Below, in pieces: positions 8,447 through 17,786 of a stretch of DNA of 64,000 bases. How positions within the stretch are numbered: the stretch's first letter is position 1; every line of letters starts with the position of its first letter. The position numbers were made by a program, and so were the translations under genes. Under the pieces are notes generated by a model. That model worked only from the letters and a program-made list of their open reading frames with translations. It made no database searches and was not told the DNA's origin. Source of the DNA: Ignavibacteriota bacterium (GTDB lineage: Bacteria; Bacteroidota; Ignavibacteria; UBA10030; UBA6906); contig CAWJKM010000005.1 in NCBI GenBank assembly GCA_963843525.1, positions 691,660 to 755,659 on the forward strand, in the 5' to 3' direction.

Positions 8447-10648
8447 TCACTTCTCTTGCAGAACAACGATATCGGAGCATTCCCCCGGGCGCATTTGCGC
8501 GAACCGCGCCGCCCTGTCGCGATGAAGGAGTGTGGGGTAATCGTTGGCGCGAAGCTGAAGTGCACGCTCAAAAGCAGCACGGGCGAGTTCCCACTGGTGT
8601 TCGTGGTACAATCGCATCCCCTCTTCATACTGGTTGAGGAACCGGAAAACCTCGGGATCCTCAAGTCCTCCCCGTTGCGCGATCAACTCGTACACCGCTG
8701 CTGGTTCATTGCGTCCCTTCACCGTTAGCAGGTCGAGTTCCCTTCCGACGATTTCCCCCTTCACGAGGTCATACGTCCGCTTGCTGACCATGATCGATGT
8801 ACGATACTCCTTGTTGGCGCCCTCCAGCCGTGAAGCGAGATTCACGCTGTCGCCGATCACCGTATAGGCGAATTTCCCGGTCGACCCCATGTTCCCGACA
8901 ATCATTTCGCCTGTGTTGATTCCCTGACGCATATGGAACGGCGGCCGGCCCGATTCCTCCCATCGCGCGTTCAAATCCTTCAACCGGTCGCGCATCACCA
9001 GAGCGCTCCTGCATGCCCTGAGGGCGTGATCCCACTGTGGAATCGGAGCCCCCCAGAATGCCATGATCGCATCGCCCTCATACTTGTCCAGAGTGCCGTC
9101 GTGTTCGAAAATTGCGGCCGACATTGCATCGAGATACTCGTTGAGCAGTTTGACCAGCCGTTCCGGCTCCATGGACTGCGCGATCGTCGTGAATCCCTCG
9201 ATATCACTGAAGAGAACAGTAAGCTCCTTCCGCTGTCCGCCGAGAGTCAGTTTCCCGGGATTGAGAATCAGCTCATCGACGACGGAAGGGTTCACGTACG
9301 TGCTGAACATCGTTTTAATGAGCGCACGCTGTCGCCGTTCCGTGACAAGATTGTAGGCTGTTGAGCCGACATAGCCGGCGATAATGGCTGCCGAGGGGCT
9401 CACGATGGACATGACAAAACTCCTGTGGACGAACAGCCACAGGGCGGCCCACAGAACCAGGCAGAGAAAGCCCGCAATAAACAGGAAACTGACCAGTTCC
9501 ATCAGGACCTGCCGGCCGCGGGCACGATCACGGAGTGATGCCGTGAGGAGAAATGTCAGCATCACCAGCAGAATCACCTCCGGCACTTCCGTCAACGGAC
9601 CCTGGACCCGGAGGAAGTCGTTCCGCAGGACATTCTCGATGACGTTCGCATGGACCTCCACCCCGTACATTTGATTGTCCCCGCGTTGTCTCCCTCGCCC
9701 GATCGACACGGGAAAGAGATCCTTGTACTCCGGGAGGGTAACACCGACCAGAACGATCTTGTTCTTGAACGTGCCGTCGTAGAGATACCCGTAGTCGGGA
9801 TCGTCAAACGTGTTGGTTTCCGCGCCGGTCGACATTTCATCGACCGTGGTGAAACTCCTGTCATCAATGACGTCGTGAAAATGGTAATGGCGGAACGTCC
9901 CGTTCGGACCATAGAAGTTGATCATCATCGCCGTGGGATCGTACTTGGGAATGATCCTCCCGGCGTAGAAAAAAGACTTTCCGGAATTGACGGCAGCGGT
10001 GAGCGGGGGAAGGCCGAACACACGGTTCAGGACTGCGAAGGCAAATGTCGGTACGGAGAGGGCGGAGTCATCGGCGACATCCATCCGGTAAAACGGTGTA
10101 TACAGGCGATAGATCCCGTCGGCGTCGCTTTGAATGTTCACGAGCCCGACGGCACTGTCGACATTGAAGAAAATATTGCCGAAGTCATTCCGCAGGAGGC
10201 GACGCTCAAACCGTTCCGAGTCCTGTTCTCGTTTGCCGGCAAGAATGACGTTGTTGGTTTCCTTCAAGGCTGCGCGGAAGGTGCTGTCTCCGGCCGGGCC
10301 GTGGTTGTCCGGAGAGTCGAAGATGAGGTCGATGCCGACCGCCCGGGCACCCGCCCGGTGCAGATTTCTGATGAGGTGCGCATAATACTCCCTCGGCCAC
10401 GGAAGGGGACCGGCAGGGAGCGAACGGAATGCCTCCTCGTCGATGTCCACGATAACGACATCGGACGAGTCTTTCACTTCGGTGTTTACGCCGCGGTAGA
10501 GGAAACGGTAGTCAATCGATGAGAGTTCGAGGCGTTGAAACAGGCCGAGGTGGAAAACGCTCTCGACGGTGAGGCCGACAACGAGGATGGCGACAGAGAA
10601 GGATATCAATGCCCGCGCGAGCCATGAACGGACGGTAGTTCTGGACAT
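8447..10648 (-). CDS. CHASE2-domain membrane class III adenylate cyclase
   Basis: N-terminal TM, CHASE2 motifs ('WPREYYAHLI', 'GIDLIF', 'DADGIYR', 'GVEVHANVI') and three TMs. The cyclase domain has 'LFSDIEGFT', 'DKYEGDA' and 'YTVIGDSVNLASRLE', followed by a TPR-like tail. Confidence 0.95.
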   Translation of the reverse strand: MSRTTVRSWLARALISFSVAILVVGLTVESVFHLGLFQRLELSSIDYRFLYRGVNTEVKDSSDVVIVDIDEEAFRSLPAGPLPWPREYYAHLIRNLHRAGARAVGIDLIFDSPDNHGPAGDSTFRAALKETNNVILAGKREQDSERFERRLLRNDFGNIFFNVDSAVGLVNIQSDADGIYRLYTPFYRMDVADDSALSVPTFAFAVLNRVFGLPPLTAAVNSGKSFFYAGRIIPKYDPTAMMINFYGPNGTFRHYHFHDVIDDRSFTTVDEMSTGAETNTFDDPDYGYLYDGTFKNKIVLVGVTLPEYKDLFPVSIGRGRQRGDNQMYGVEVHANVIENVLRNDFLRVQGPLTEVPEVILLVMLTFLLTASLRDRARGRQVLMELVSFLFIAGFLCLVLWAALWLFVHRSFVMSIVSPSAAIIAGYVGSTAYNLVTERRQRALIKTMFSTYVNPSVVDELILNPGKLTLGGQRKELTVLFSDIEGFTTIAQSMEPERLVKLLNEYLDAMSAAIFEHDGTLDKYEGDAIMAFWGAPIPQWDHALRACRSALVMRDRLKDLNARWEESGRPPFHMRQGINTGEMIVGNMGSTGKFAYTVIGDSVNLASRLEGANKEYRTSIMVSKRTYDLVKGEIVGRELDLLTVKGRNEPAAVYELIAQRGGLEDPEVFRFLNQYEEGMRLYHEHQWELARAAFERALQLRANDYPTLLHRDRAARFAQMRPGECSDIVVLQEK

Positions 10649-10666
10649 GGTCACGTGCCCGGGCGA

Positions 10667-13099
10667 TTACAGTTCATATTGATAGCGCAGACTGACAAAA
10701 TTCTGGTCTCCCGCTCCTGTATTCTTGAAATAACTGAGGTCGGCAATAAGTCGCATGGAATGGTAGAACGACCATTCTGCGCCGAGATCGAACACGGTGC
10801 GGCTGAAATCACCGAACGACGGGCTGATCGCCGCCTGTGTGCTCAGGATCGAAGCGATAATCTCGTACCGTCCCTGGAATGCCAGCGTGGCGTAGTTGAG
10901 CCGCTGCCGTGGTGCACCGGGGTAGGGCCCGGGCAACTGGTTATAGTTCATGGCAAGATCGATGCTCGTGGTCAGGGGGATCCTGTAGCGCGTGTCGAAC
11001 GAAAGTCCGAACGTCACCGCATTCACGCTGATCCCGCGGATTGTGGCATCCGACCGGTCTGAAGAAGCGACGTTCACCGAGACGGTATGATCGTTCCCCA
11101 GCATCGGGAAATCGTACGACGATTGAAGAAAGATGCGGTTCGTCACATCGCTGATGGAGTTCAGCGAATCCTCGTTTAATCCGTTCGAATTATCATACCT
11201 GTTGTACCCGACCGTGATCGAAGGGAATGCTCTCCTGGGGGCGTAGGTCACGGCAGCGGTCACCGTCGAATAGATCGTGGTCGCGACCTTCGTATGGGAC
11301 GTGTTATCCTGCAGACGCTCATACCCCGCCGTCAACAGGAGGGAATTGTCGACGAGGCGGACCCGATCGTTGACGTTGTACCCCTGAATGTCCTTGCGAA
11401 GGAAGGATTGTCCGAACGATGTATAGTCGCTTCCACGGTAGAGGTACGTGAACTTGAAAACATTGTCGAAGTAGTTCAGCTGCATCGATGCTTCGCCTGC
11501 AGCCGTGCTCAAGCGTCGGAGAGAGAGCGGGCGGAGATTCTCGTTGACGGTAATGAATTTGGAAAGGACGTCGCGCACCTGGCGAACTGACGATGAGTCG
11601 CCCGGAAAGAGCTCGGCGATGCGCTCGTCCGTGATGGTTCCAGAGGAGATGTCACTGTTGTAGGCGCTGAACGCGCCCTGCGCGGCGAGTTCAATCCGGC
11701 GGTTGTCGAGGCGTGTCATCATATCCATTCCGAGCACCAGGTTCTCCTGAGGCCGGGAACCGGTGACGATGGATCCCATATCGTCCTTTGATTTCATCCA
11801 GGTGAATCCCACCTGCCAGGTTTCACCCGATCCGAAGCTCGGCCGGATTGCGAAGAGGTCGCGCTGATAGGTCCCGTAATCAAATTGTCCCCACAGGCCC
11901 GGACTGATCTGTGCATAGGCGGCGGAAGGGTTTGCAGTCTGCGTTGCGGCAAGAAGGGAGTCGGGGATCGTGGACACCAACCGGCCTTCGATCGCACGCG
12001 TCGTTTGCCCGCTGGATACCTGCAGGTTGAAGACGCCCAGGGACAGGGCGGCATGGACGCCCCGGATCCGTTTGCCGCTCAGAATCAGATCGGGAAACGA
12101 GGGCGTGAGATCGCCGTATCCGGCGCGTCCCCACGGGGACTCCACGCCGAGGAAATACCTGTTCTGCGGCTGCCGGTCGCTCTCCTCATCCGATGTGAGA
12201 AATGCATTTGCCACAAACCGCCACGGACCATACGTCACTCTTCCGCGGATCGATCCGCGGTTGTACCACGTGCCGAGCGAGTCGACCTGCTCATGGCGTG
12301 ATTCCAGGGCCACCGATGCGGTATAGGATGCACGTCCGGGCTGCGGCACTGCCGCAAGATTCGCCCCTGTCACGTTGAACGAAAATGACGCCGAGGAATG
12401 GACCTCGCCTGAACGGGTAAACAACCAGACGACAACCCGGTGGGCTCCCGGCGCAAGCGAGAGACCGGTGTTTTCCGGAGAAACAACTCCGACATCGCCA
12501 CTGAGAATGACTTTGGGCGTAATGTCCGCCCCGTCGAAATAGACGCGTGTGGCGGCGCGATCCACCACGCTGTCGGCGCGGAGGAGAGAAAAGGAAATGA
12601 CGATATCCGCCGGCGCAAGGGGAATGTCCGCTTCCGGGCTCAGAAAAATCACCTGTTGCTGGGCCGTCGCAGCAGACGGGACGGCGATCCGGATGGTCCG
12701 TTGCGGAGGGACGCTGAAAGGATCATTCGAATCGCTGAACGGGTAGGTTTCGTACTTCCCGTTCGTCAACACAAAAACGATGTAAAACTCCAGGGAGGGC
12801 GAAACGACGGTTGATGCGGGAAGCGTGACGGTCGCGCGGGTCCCCTCGATGTCCATGTCGGCCCGGCGATAGTCGCTTTCGCCGAAGGGGCGGTACACAA
12901 TCACGGCGTGGTCAATCCCCTCGGTGTTCGTCAGCGAGGCGGTGATGGTGAGCGGTTTTCCCGCCGGGGCTTCCGTGGGGACCAGCGTCGAGATTCGGGT
13001 CGAAACCTGTGCGTGCAAAGGCCGGGCGACAGCCGAGAGGATCACACACAGCAACGCAAAGGCAATCGCAGTTGCGGACCGGAGGAGGAGGAGGTTCAT
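10667..13099 (-). CDS. Hypothetical outer-membrane protein (N-terminal Ig-like domains plus probable large beta-barrel)
   Basis: Signal peptide, beta-rich N-terminal modules, many amphipathic strands and an aromatic C-terminal strand 'FVSLRYQYEL'. Confidence 0.7.
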   Translation of the reverse strand: MNLLLLRSATAIAFALLCVILSAVARPLHAQVSTRISTLVPTEAPAGKPLTITASLTNTEGIDHAVIVYRPFGESDYRRADMDIEGTRATVTLPASTVVSPSLEFYIVFVLTNGKYETYPFSDSNDPFSVPPQRTIRIAVPSAATAQQQVIFLSPEADIPLAPADIVISFSLLRADSVVDRAATRVYFDGADITPKVILSGDVGVVSPENTGLSLAPGAHRVVVWLFTRSGEVHSSASFSFNVTGANLAAVPQPGRASYTASVALESRHEQVDSLGTWYNRGSIRGRVTYGPWRFVANAFLTSDEESDRQPQNRYFLGVESPWGRAGYGDLTPSFPDLILSGKRIRGVHAALSLGVFNLQVSSGQTTRAIEGRLVSTIPDSLLAATQTANPSAAYAQISPGLWGQFDYGTYQRDLFAIRPSFGSGETWQVGFTWMKSKDDMGSIVTGSRPQENLVLGMDMMTRLDNRRIELAAQGAFSAYNSDISSGTITDERIAELFPGDSSSVRQVRDVLSKFITVNENLRPLSLRRLSTAAGEASMQLNYFDNVFKFTYLYRGSDYTSFGQSFLRKDIQGYNVNDRVRLVDNSLLLTAGYERLQDNTSHTKVATTIYSTVTAAVTYAPRRAFPSITVGYNRYDNSNGLNEDSLNSISDVTNRIFLQSSYDFPMLGNDHTVSVNVASSDRSDATIRGISVNAVTFGLSFDTRYRIPLTTSIDLAMNYNQLPGPYPGAPRQRLNYATLAFQGRYEIIASILSTQAAISPSFGDFSRTVFDLGAEWSFYHSMRLIADLSYFKNTGAGDQNFVSLRYQYEL

Positions 13100-13137
13100 C
13101 GGTCCCTTCAGTCATAGTGATAAGAGAATATCGATTA

Positions 13138-13830
13138 TCAATCGCGATACTCAATGTGCAGGCGCTTCGAGCGTCCTTCACGATCGTGCAACTCGAACTG
13201 GAGTGTCTTCTGTGCGTCACCCCTCATTGCATTCTCTGCATTCTGGCGCTCGTTCGCGGTGCTTTGGCGGCTGAAGAACGTACCATTTGGTAGGGAAATG
13301 CCAGTTGAGCCGGCAGTGACATCAAACGACTGGTTGGACTTGAGGTTTGTAAAATGAACGGTCCCTTCAAGGATGACGAGAGTGTCGCCGGCCGCACTGC
13401 TCGTGAAGGCGCCTCCCGTCCCGCGAATGGACGCCACGGATGTCGGGGAGGTGAAACGAAACTCTTCGCCCCGGCGCTGCTTCTGCACGGTGAACCCGAT
13501 GACGCCCATACGGACATCGATCGATTTGGAGAACTCCGACCCGTTCAGCGATCCGGTGACGATGACCTCCGATAATTCGCGGACCCGGACGAGACTATTA
13601 TCCATGAATTTAATGATTGCCATGGATTTTGCGCCGGTCTTCACCCGGTCACCCGAAGCAAGAGTCTCTCCCTTTTTCGCCGGCTTCCATGCCTTCCCGA
13701 TATCCATTCTCGAGACGTCGGCGATGACTTTGCTCAGAAGGCCGATGGTGAGATCTGCAGGCTCAGCCGACGTGGCCGTTTCTCCCATCAGGGAGAGCAA
13801 CGCAATGAGGATAAGGACGAGGCGTGTCAT
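13138..13830 (-). CDS. Secreted FecR-domain protein
   Basis: Signal peptide with 'L.SGDRVKTG..S.A.I.F.D.S.VRV.E.S' and 'SPTSVASIRGT....VILEGTV', typical of FecR domains. Confidence 0.88.
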   Translation of the reverse strand: MTRLVLILIALLSLMGETATSAEPADLTIGLLSKVIADVSRMDIGKAWKPAKKGETLASGDRVKTGAKSMAIIKFMDNSLVRVRELSEVIVTGSLNGSEFSKSIDVRMGVIGFTVQKQRRGEEFRFTSPTSVASIRGTGGAFTSSAAGDTLVILEGTVHFTNLKSNQSFDVTAGSTGISLPNGTFFSRQSTANERQNAENAMRGDAQKTLQFELHDREGRSKRLHIEYRD

Positions 13831-13851
13831 GGGATTTTCTCTCAAGTGCGA

Positions 13852-14940
13852 TTACTCAAGCCCTGCCGACTGCACGGCATCGGGATGCGTCCGGAAATAC
13901 TTGAGAATTTCAAGAAGCTCGCTCGACTGGATGGCCGCCCCGTTCAGACGAATGGAGCCGGTAAAAGACAAACCCTCCGACCGGATCTGGTCGAAAAGCG
14001 GTTTGTACTTTGCATCCAGCGTGAGCTCGAGCTCATCGAGCAACGATGAGACGGCCGATGGTCCCGACTCGACGGTAAACGAACGCAACGAACTCTTCAG
14101 GAGCGAGTTCCGTCCGCCGAGAGCCCGGACCTCTCCTTCAACATACCAGACATACGTGTGGCCGGGTTGCAGCGACCGTACTCCGCCCGAAGGGAACTGA
14201 AACGACGGCGTGGTCGTCTCCTGTGTCACCAGCGGGACGCCCTGGGCAGCTTCCTCCAGGCTTGATTGTCCCGGGAGCATTTCAAAGATGGAAATCTTTG
14301 ACTGCGCTCCGTCGAACATCCACTGGAAAAGAGGGAGCTGACTGACGTGCTGGTCGCCGTCGCTCGGGAAGAACAGCTCCACGGAAGACGGGTTGGTCAG
14401 GAGCAGGGAGAACCCATCTCCCGCCTCAGACGATACCGGGAAAATCTCCCGCACGGTAATCGTGAAGGTGTACGTTCCTGCGGGCAGCTGCCCGCTGGGG
14501 AGGGAAACGTCCTGAAACACTCGCTTCACATCGGGGTTCCATTCGGAGGACGAGTCCTGAATCCCCTTCCCCGGGCCGAAGTCAAGATTCGTAAACGTCC
14601 GGGATCCCTGGACAACAAAAGATTTGGATACTATCTTGAGCGGCGGCGGATCGGTCCATTGTTCCCCCGAGCTGAGAACCACCTTCGAAAGCTCCACTGT
14701 CGCCACCGCAACAATGGTACTCCCGCCCGGAGCCGTAATGTCCACGCTGAAAAACCATTGCGGCGTGGAAGATTTCGTGAAGTCAATATCGCTCAGCGAG
14801 AGTACATTAATGGGAGCGTAGGCGACCTTGACAATGATCCCCTGTGCGGGGGACGGTGTGGCCGAGAAGGCGAGGAGAACCGCCGTGGCGACCACCAGCG
14901 CCGCAACGCCGTTTGCGAAGAAGTTACCACCTCTGTTCAT
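13852..14940 (-). CDS. Secreted hypothetical protein with a DUF928-like/Ig-like C-terminal module
   Basis: AGGAG RBS and signal peptide. 'L..P.DG....QLPLFQW...E.LPGQS...SFQFP....SLQPGHTYVWYV' resembles DUF928-like modules (recognition by eye). Confidence 0.7.
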   Translation of the reverse strand: MNRGGNFFANGVAALVVATAVLLAFSATPSPAQGIIVKVAYAPINVLSLSDIDFTKSSTPQWFFSVDITAPGGSTIVAVATVELSKVVLSSGEQWTDPPPLKIVSKSFVVQGSRTFTNLDFGPGKGIQDSSSEWNPDVKRVFQDVSLPSGQLPAGTYTFTITVREIFPVSSEAGDGFSLLLTNPSSVELFFPSDGDQHVSQLPLFQWMFDGAQSKISIFEMLPGQSSLEEAAQGVPLVTQETTTPSFQFPSGGVRSLQPGHTYVWYVEGEVRALGGRNSLLKSSLRSFTVESGPSAVSSLLDELELTLDAKYKPLFDQIRSEGLSFTGSIRLNGAAIQSSELLEILKYFRTHPDAVQSAGLE

Positions 14941-15091
14941 GTCGACTCCTTTCGCAGGAAGAGCGCACCGGTGCGGTCTTCCACAGGTAATCCACTGCGC
15001 TGAACTTTCCGATTTCACCAGATCCTGATAACCCTTTGCGGCCCGCCGGTGGCAAACCGCCCCTGCCATCGTTCCACGAAATCAGAGAAAA

Positions 15092-15120
15092 AGTATACGA
15101 AATCGGCTGAAGTGTTGCAA
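15092..15120 (-). promoter_or_regulatory. sigma70-type promoter for the 14940-8447 operon
   Basis: Minus strand reads TTGCAA, 17 bp, TATACT. Confidence 0.7.
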
Positions 15121-15145
15121 TTTCCAGGTTTGATCTGACGGCACG

Positions 15146-16465
15146 TCAGAAATGCACTATGTCATTGTACAGAACAAATGCCATGAATGCCAGAAGCAAC
15201 ACGAAGCCGGCACGTTGAAGGCCGAGCTTCACGCCAATGGGGACCTCACGACGGAAGATCACCTCGTACACGAGGAACGCAAGGTGTCCTCCATCGAGCG
15301 CCGGGAAGGGTAAGATATTGAGAATCGCGAGACTTACGCTCAGCAATGCCATGAAACCCAGGAACGCGGCCCAGCCCATCTCCGCCGATTGTGTCGCCAT
15401 TTGTGCGATCTTGATGGGACCGCCGACAGACTGACTGAACGGAGTCTTCCCGGTGATCACCTGCCAGATTTGCTTGACAAAGAGGACCGCGACGTCGCCA
15501 ATCTCCTTCACTCCCTTGGGTAACGCCTCGAGGAGCGTGTAGCGAATCTGCTTGATGGGGCCGACATAGCGAATGCCGAAGAAGATCCCGATGCGCCCGT
15601 CCCGTGACGGCACAGTGGATCCTTTCATCACAACAGTATCACGCCGCCACTCGACAGCGACTTCCTTGCCGGCGTTTGCTTCTACGATGTCCCGGACCTT
15701 TTGCTGGTCCAGGCCGATCGGGGTGCCGTTCAGAGAAAGAAGCACATCGCCCGGCTTCAGGCCGAGTTTGTCCGCCGGCTTTCCCGGGTCAACGGACCCG
15801 ATGGTCATTTCGGAACTGTCAGGAATCAGGCCCAGCGGATCGGTCGATGTATCTTTCAGCAATGATCTGGAAAGGAGAAGCTGACGCTGTTCCGTCCCGC
15901 GCTGGACAAGAAACGTCACATCCTGGTTCAGGGAAGCCACCAGGGCATCGGAATACATTGCTTCCCAGGTGGTCACCGGCTCGCCGTTGACCGCGAGGAT
16001 TCTGTCGCCAACCTGGAAGCCCGCCGAGGCGCCCGGGCTTTTTTCCGCCACATACCCAACGGTGGTCGTCTCGCGGACGACCGAACCCTGGACGTAATTG
16101 ATCCCCCAGAAGATCACAATGGCGAGGAGGATGTTCATGATGACGCCGGCGGAGATGACAATCATTCTCTGCCAGATAGGCTTCGCGCGAAACTCCCAGG
16201 GTTCCGGCGGCTTTTCCAGGAAGTCCGTGTCAAAACTCTCGTCAATCATGCCGGCGATCTTTACGTAGCCACCGATCGGTATCCAGGAAACGCAGTAGTC
16301 GGTTTCACCAATCTGCTTTCCGAACGCCCGCGGCGGAAAGCCGATGGAAAAGCGGTCGACCCGCATCCGGAAAATCTTCGCGGCAATGAAATGTCCGAAT
16401 TCATGAACAAAAACGAGTACTCCGAGAGTCACGACGAAATACAGGATGGTCATCAGAAATTGCAT
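15146..16465 (-). CDS. rseP: RIP metalloprotease RseP (M50) with two PDZ domains
   Basis: HEFGH, 'IPIGGYVKIAG', 'AGVIMN' and 'NILPFPALDGG'. Lies downstream of dxr. Confidence 0.96.
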   Translation of the reverse strand: MQFLMTILYFVVTLGVLVFVHEFGHFIAAKIFRMRVDRFSIGFPPRAFGKQIGETDYCVSWIPIGGYVKIAGMIDESFDTDFLEKPPEPWEFRAKPIWQRMIVISAGVIMNILLAIVIFWGINYVQGSVVRETTTVGYVAEKSPGASAGFQVGDRILAVNGEPVTTWEAMYSDALVASLNQDVTFLVQRGTEQRQLLLSRSLLKDTSTDPLGLIPDSSEMTIGSVDPGKPADKLGLKPGDVLLSLNGTPIGLDQQKVRDIVEANAGKEVAVEWRRDTVVMKGSTVPSRDGRIGIFFGIRYVGPIKQIRYTLLEALPKGVKEIGDVAVLFVKQIWQVITGKTPFSQSVGGPIKIAQMATQSAEMGWAAFLGFMALLSVSLAILNILPFPALDGGHLAFLVYEVIFRREVPIGVKLGLQRAGFVLLLAFMAFVLYNDIVHF

Positions 16466-16478
16466 GGAGAGTGATCCC

Positions 16479-17642
16479 TCAAGAGTGCAAATGGACGGCT
16501 GAAATTCGGTGTTCGACGCCACTACGCGTTATCCGGTCCACTTCCAGAAGATCGTCCAGCATCGGGTGAGCGATGGGAACATGGTCACTTAACGCGCTGT
16601 GAATCAATGCCGGGATATCGGAGAAAGAGATCCGGCCGTGCAGAAACATCTGGACTGCAACCTCATTGGCTGCATTGAGGACCGTGGGTGCACTCCCCCC
16701 GGCCATGAGAGCATCATAGGCAAGAGAAAGGCACCGGAATTTCGCGGTATCCGGCACCGAGAACGTGAGATTCCTGTAATGCGTGAAGTCAAGTTTCTGC
16801 GACATCGTCGCAACCCGCTCCGGATGGGTCAGGGCATATTGAATGGGGATCCTCATGTCCGGTGCGCCAAGCTGTGCCTTGATCGAGCCGTCGACGAATT
16901 CAACCATCGAGTGGATGACCGATTGAGGATGGATGATCACCTCGATCCGTTCCTTTGGCAGTCCGAACAACCAGTAGGCCTCGATGACTTCGAGCCCCTT
17001 GTTCATCAACGTGGCCGAATCGATGGTGATCTTGTTTCCCATGCGCCACGTGGGATGTGCAAGGGCCTGCTCCTTGGTAATGTGGCGGAACTCTTCGACC
17101 GGAAGATCACGAAACGGCCCGCCGGAGGCGGTGAGAATCAGCCGCCGGATATTTTTGATTTCCTCCCCCTGTAAACATTGCATGATCGCACTGTGTTCAC
17201 TATCTATCGGGAGGAGATCTACGCCCCGTTCTTTCACGGCGTTCATGATCAATTCACCGGCGACAACAAGAGTCTCCTTGTTGGCGAGAGCGATGCGCTT
17301 TCCGGCTTCGATCGCACGCAACGTCGGTACCAGACCAACAAACCCGACGAGCGCGTTGATCACGAGGTCCACCTCCGGTCTCTGGACAGCTTCGACGAGA
17401 CCGTATTCACCCACAAGAACCTCTACAGAACCATCTATCGAATCGCGGAGGTTCTCTGCTGACGAACGATCTGACACCACAACCAGTTTTGGGTGGAATC
17501 GCGATATCTGCTCCCTCAGAAGGGAGATATTGCGGTGCACGGTAAGGACATTCACGCGAAAACGGTCTGGAAGAGCGGCTATAACCTCGAGACTGTTCCG
17601 CCCTATGGAGCCCGTTGACCCGAGAATTGCTATATTCGTCAT
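16479..17642 (-). CDS. dxr: 1-deoxy-D-xylulose 5-phosphate reductoisomerase
   Basis: 'ILGSTGSIG', 'LANKETLV', 'PIDSEHSAI', 'LTASGGPF' and 'HPTWRMGNKITIDSATLMNKGLE'. Confidence 0.98.
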   Translation of the reverse strand: MTNIAILGSTGSIGRNSLEVIAALPDRFRVNVLTVHRNISLLREQISRFHPKLVVVSDRSSAENLRDSIDGSVEVLVGEYGLVEAVQRPEVDLVINALVGFVGLVPTLRAIEAGKRIALANKETLVVAGELIMNAVKERGVDLLPIDSEHSAIMQCLQGEEIKNIRRLILTASGGPFRDLPVEEFRHITKEQALAHPTWRMGNKITIDSATLMNKGLEVIEAYWLFGLPKERIEVIIHPQSVIHSMVEFVDGSIKAQLGAPDMRIPIQYALTHPERVATMSQKLDFTHYRNLTFSVPDTAKFRCLSLAYDALMAGGSAPTVLNAANEVAVQMFLHGRISFSDIPALIHSALSDHVPIAHPMLDDLLEVDRITRSGVEHRISAVHLHS

Positions 17643-17786
17643 GGGTTTGCAGTAGTCCGTTATTGGACTGAATGTTCTAAGGTACGTAACCGCAATCTGT
17701 TTCGCAATGAACGCGGCAGGGGATGTATTGAAATCCTTTGTGTCTGAAGGCATTTATTCCTTAATTACAACGGTAACAGGATTCTC

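Noticed and set aside
15092-15120. TGCAAC...CGTA here and at 44435-44463 read as ECF promoters
   Set aside because: The spacing is 14 bp rather than 16; both fit sigma70 TTGCAA-17-TATA(C/T)T better.
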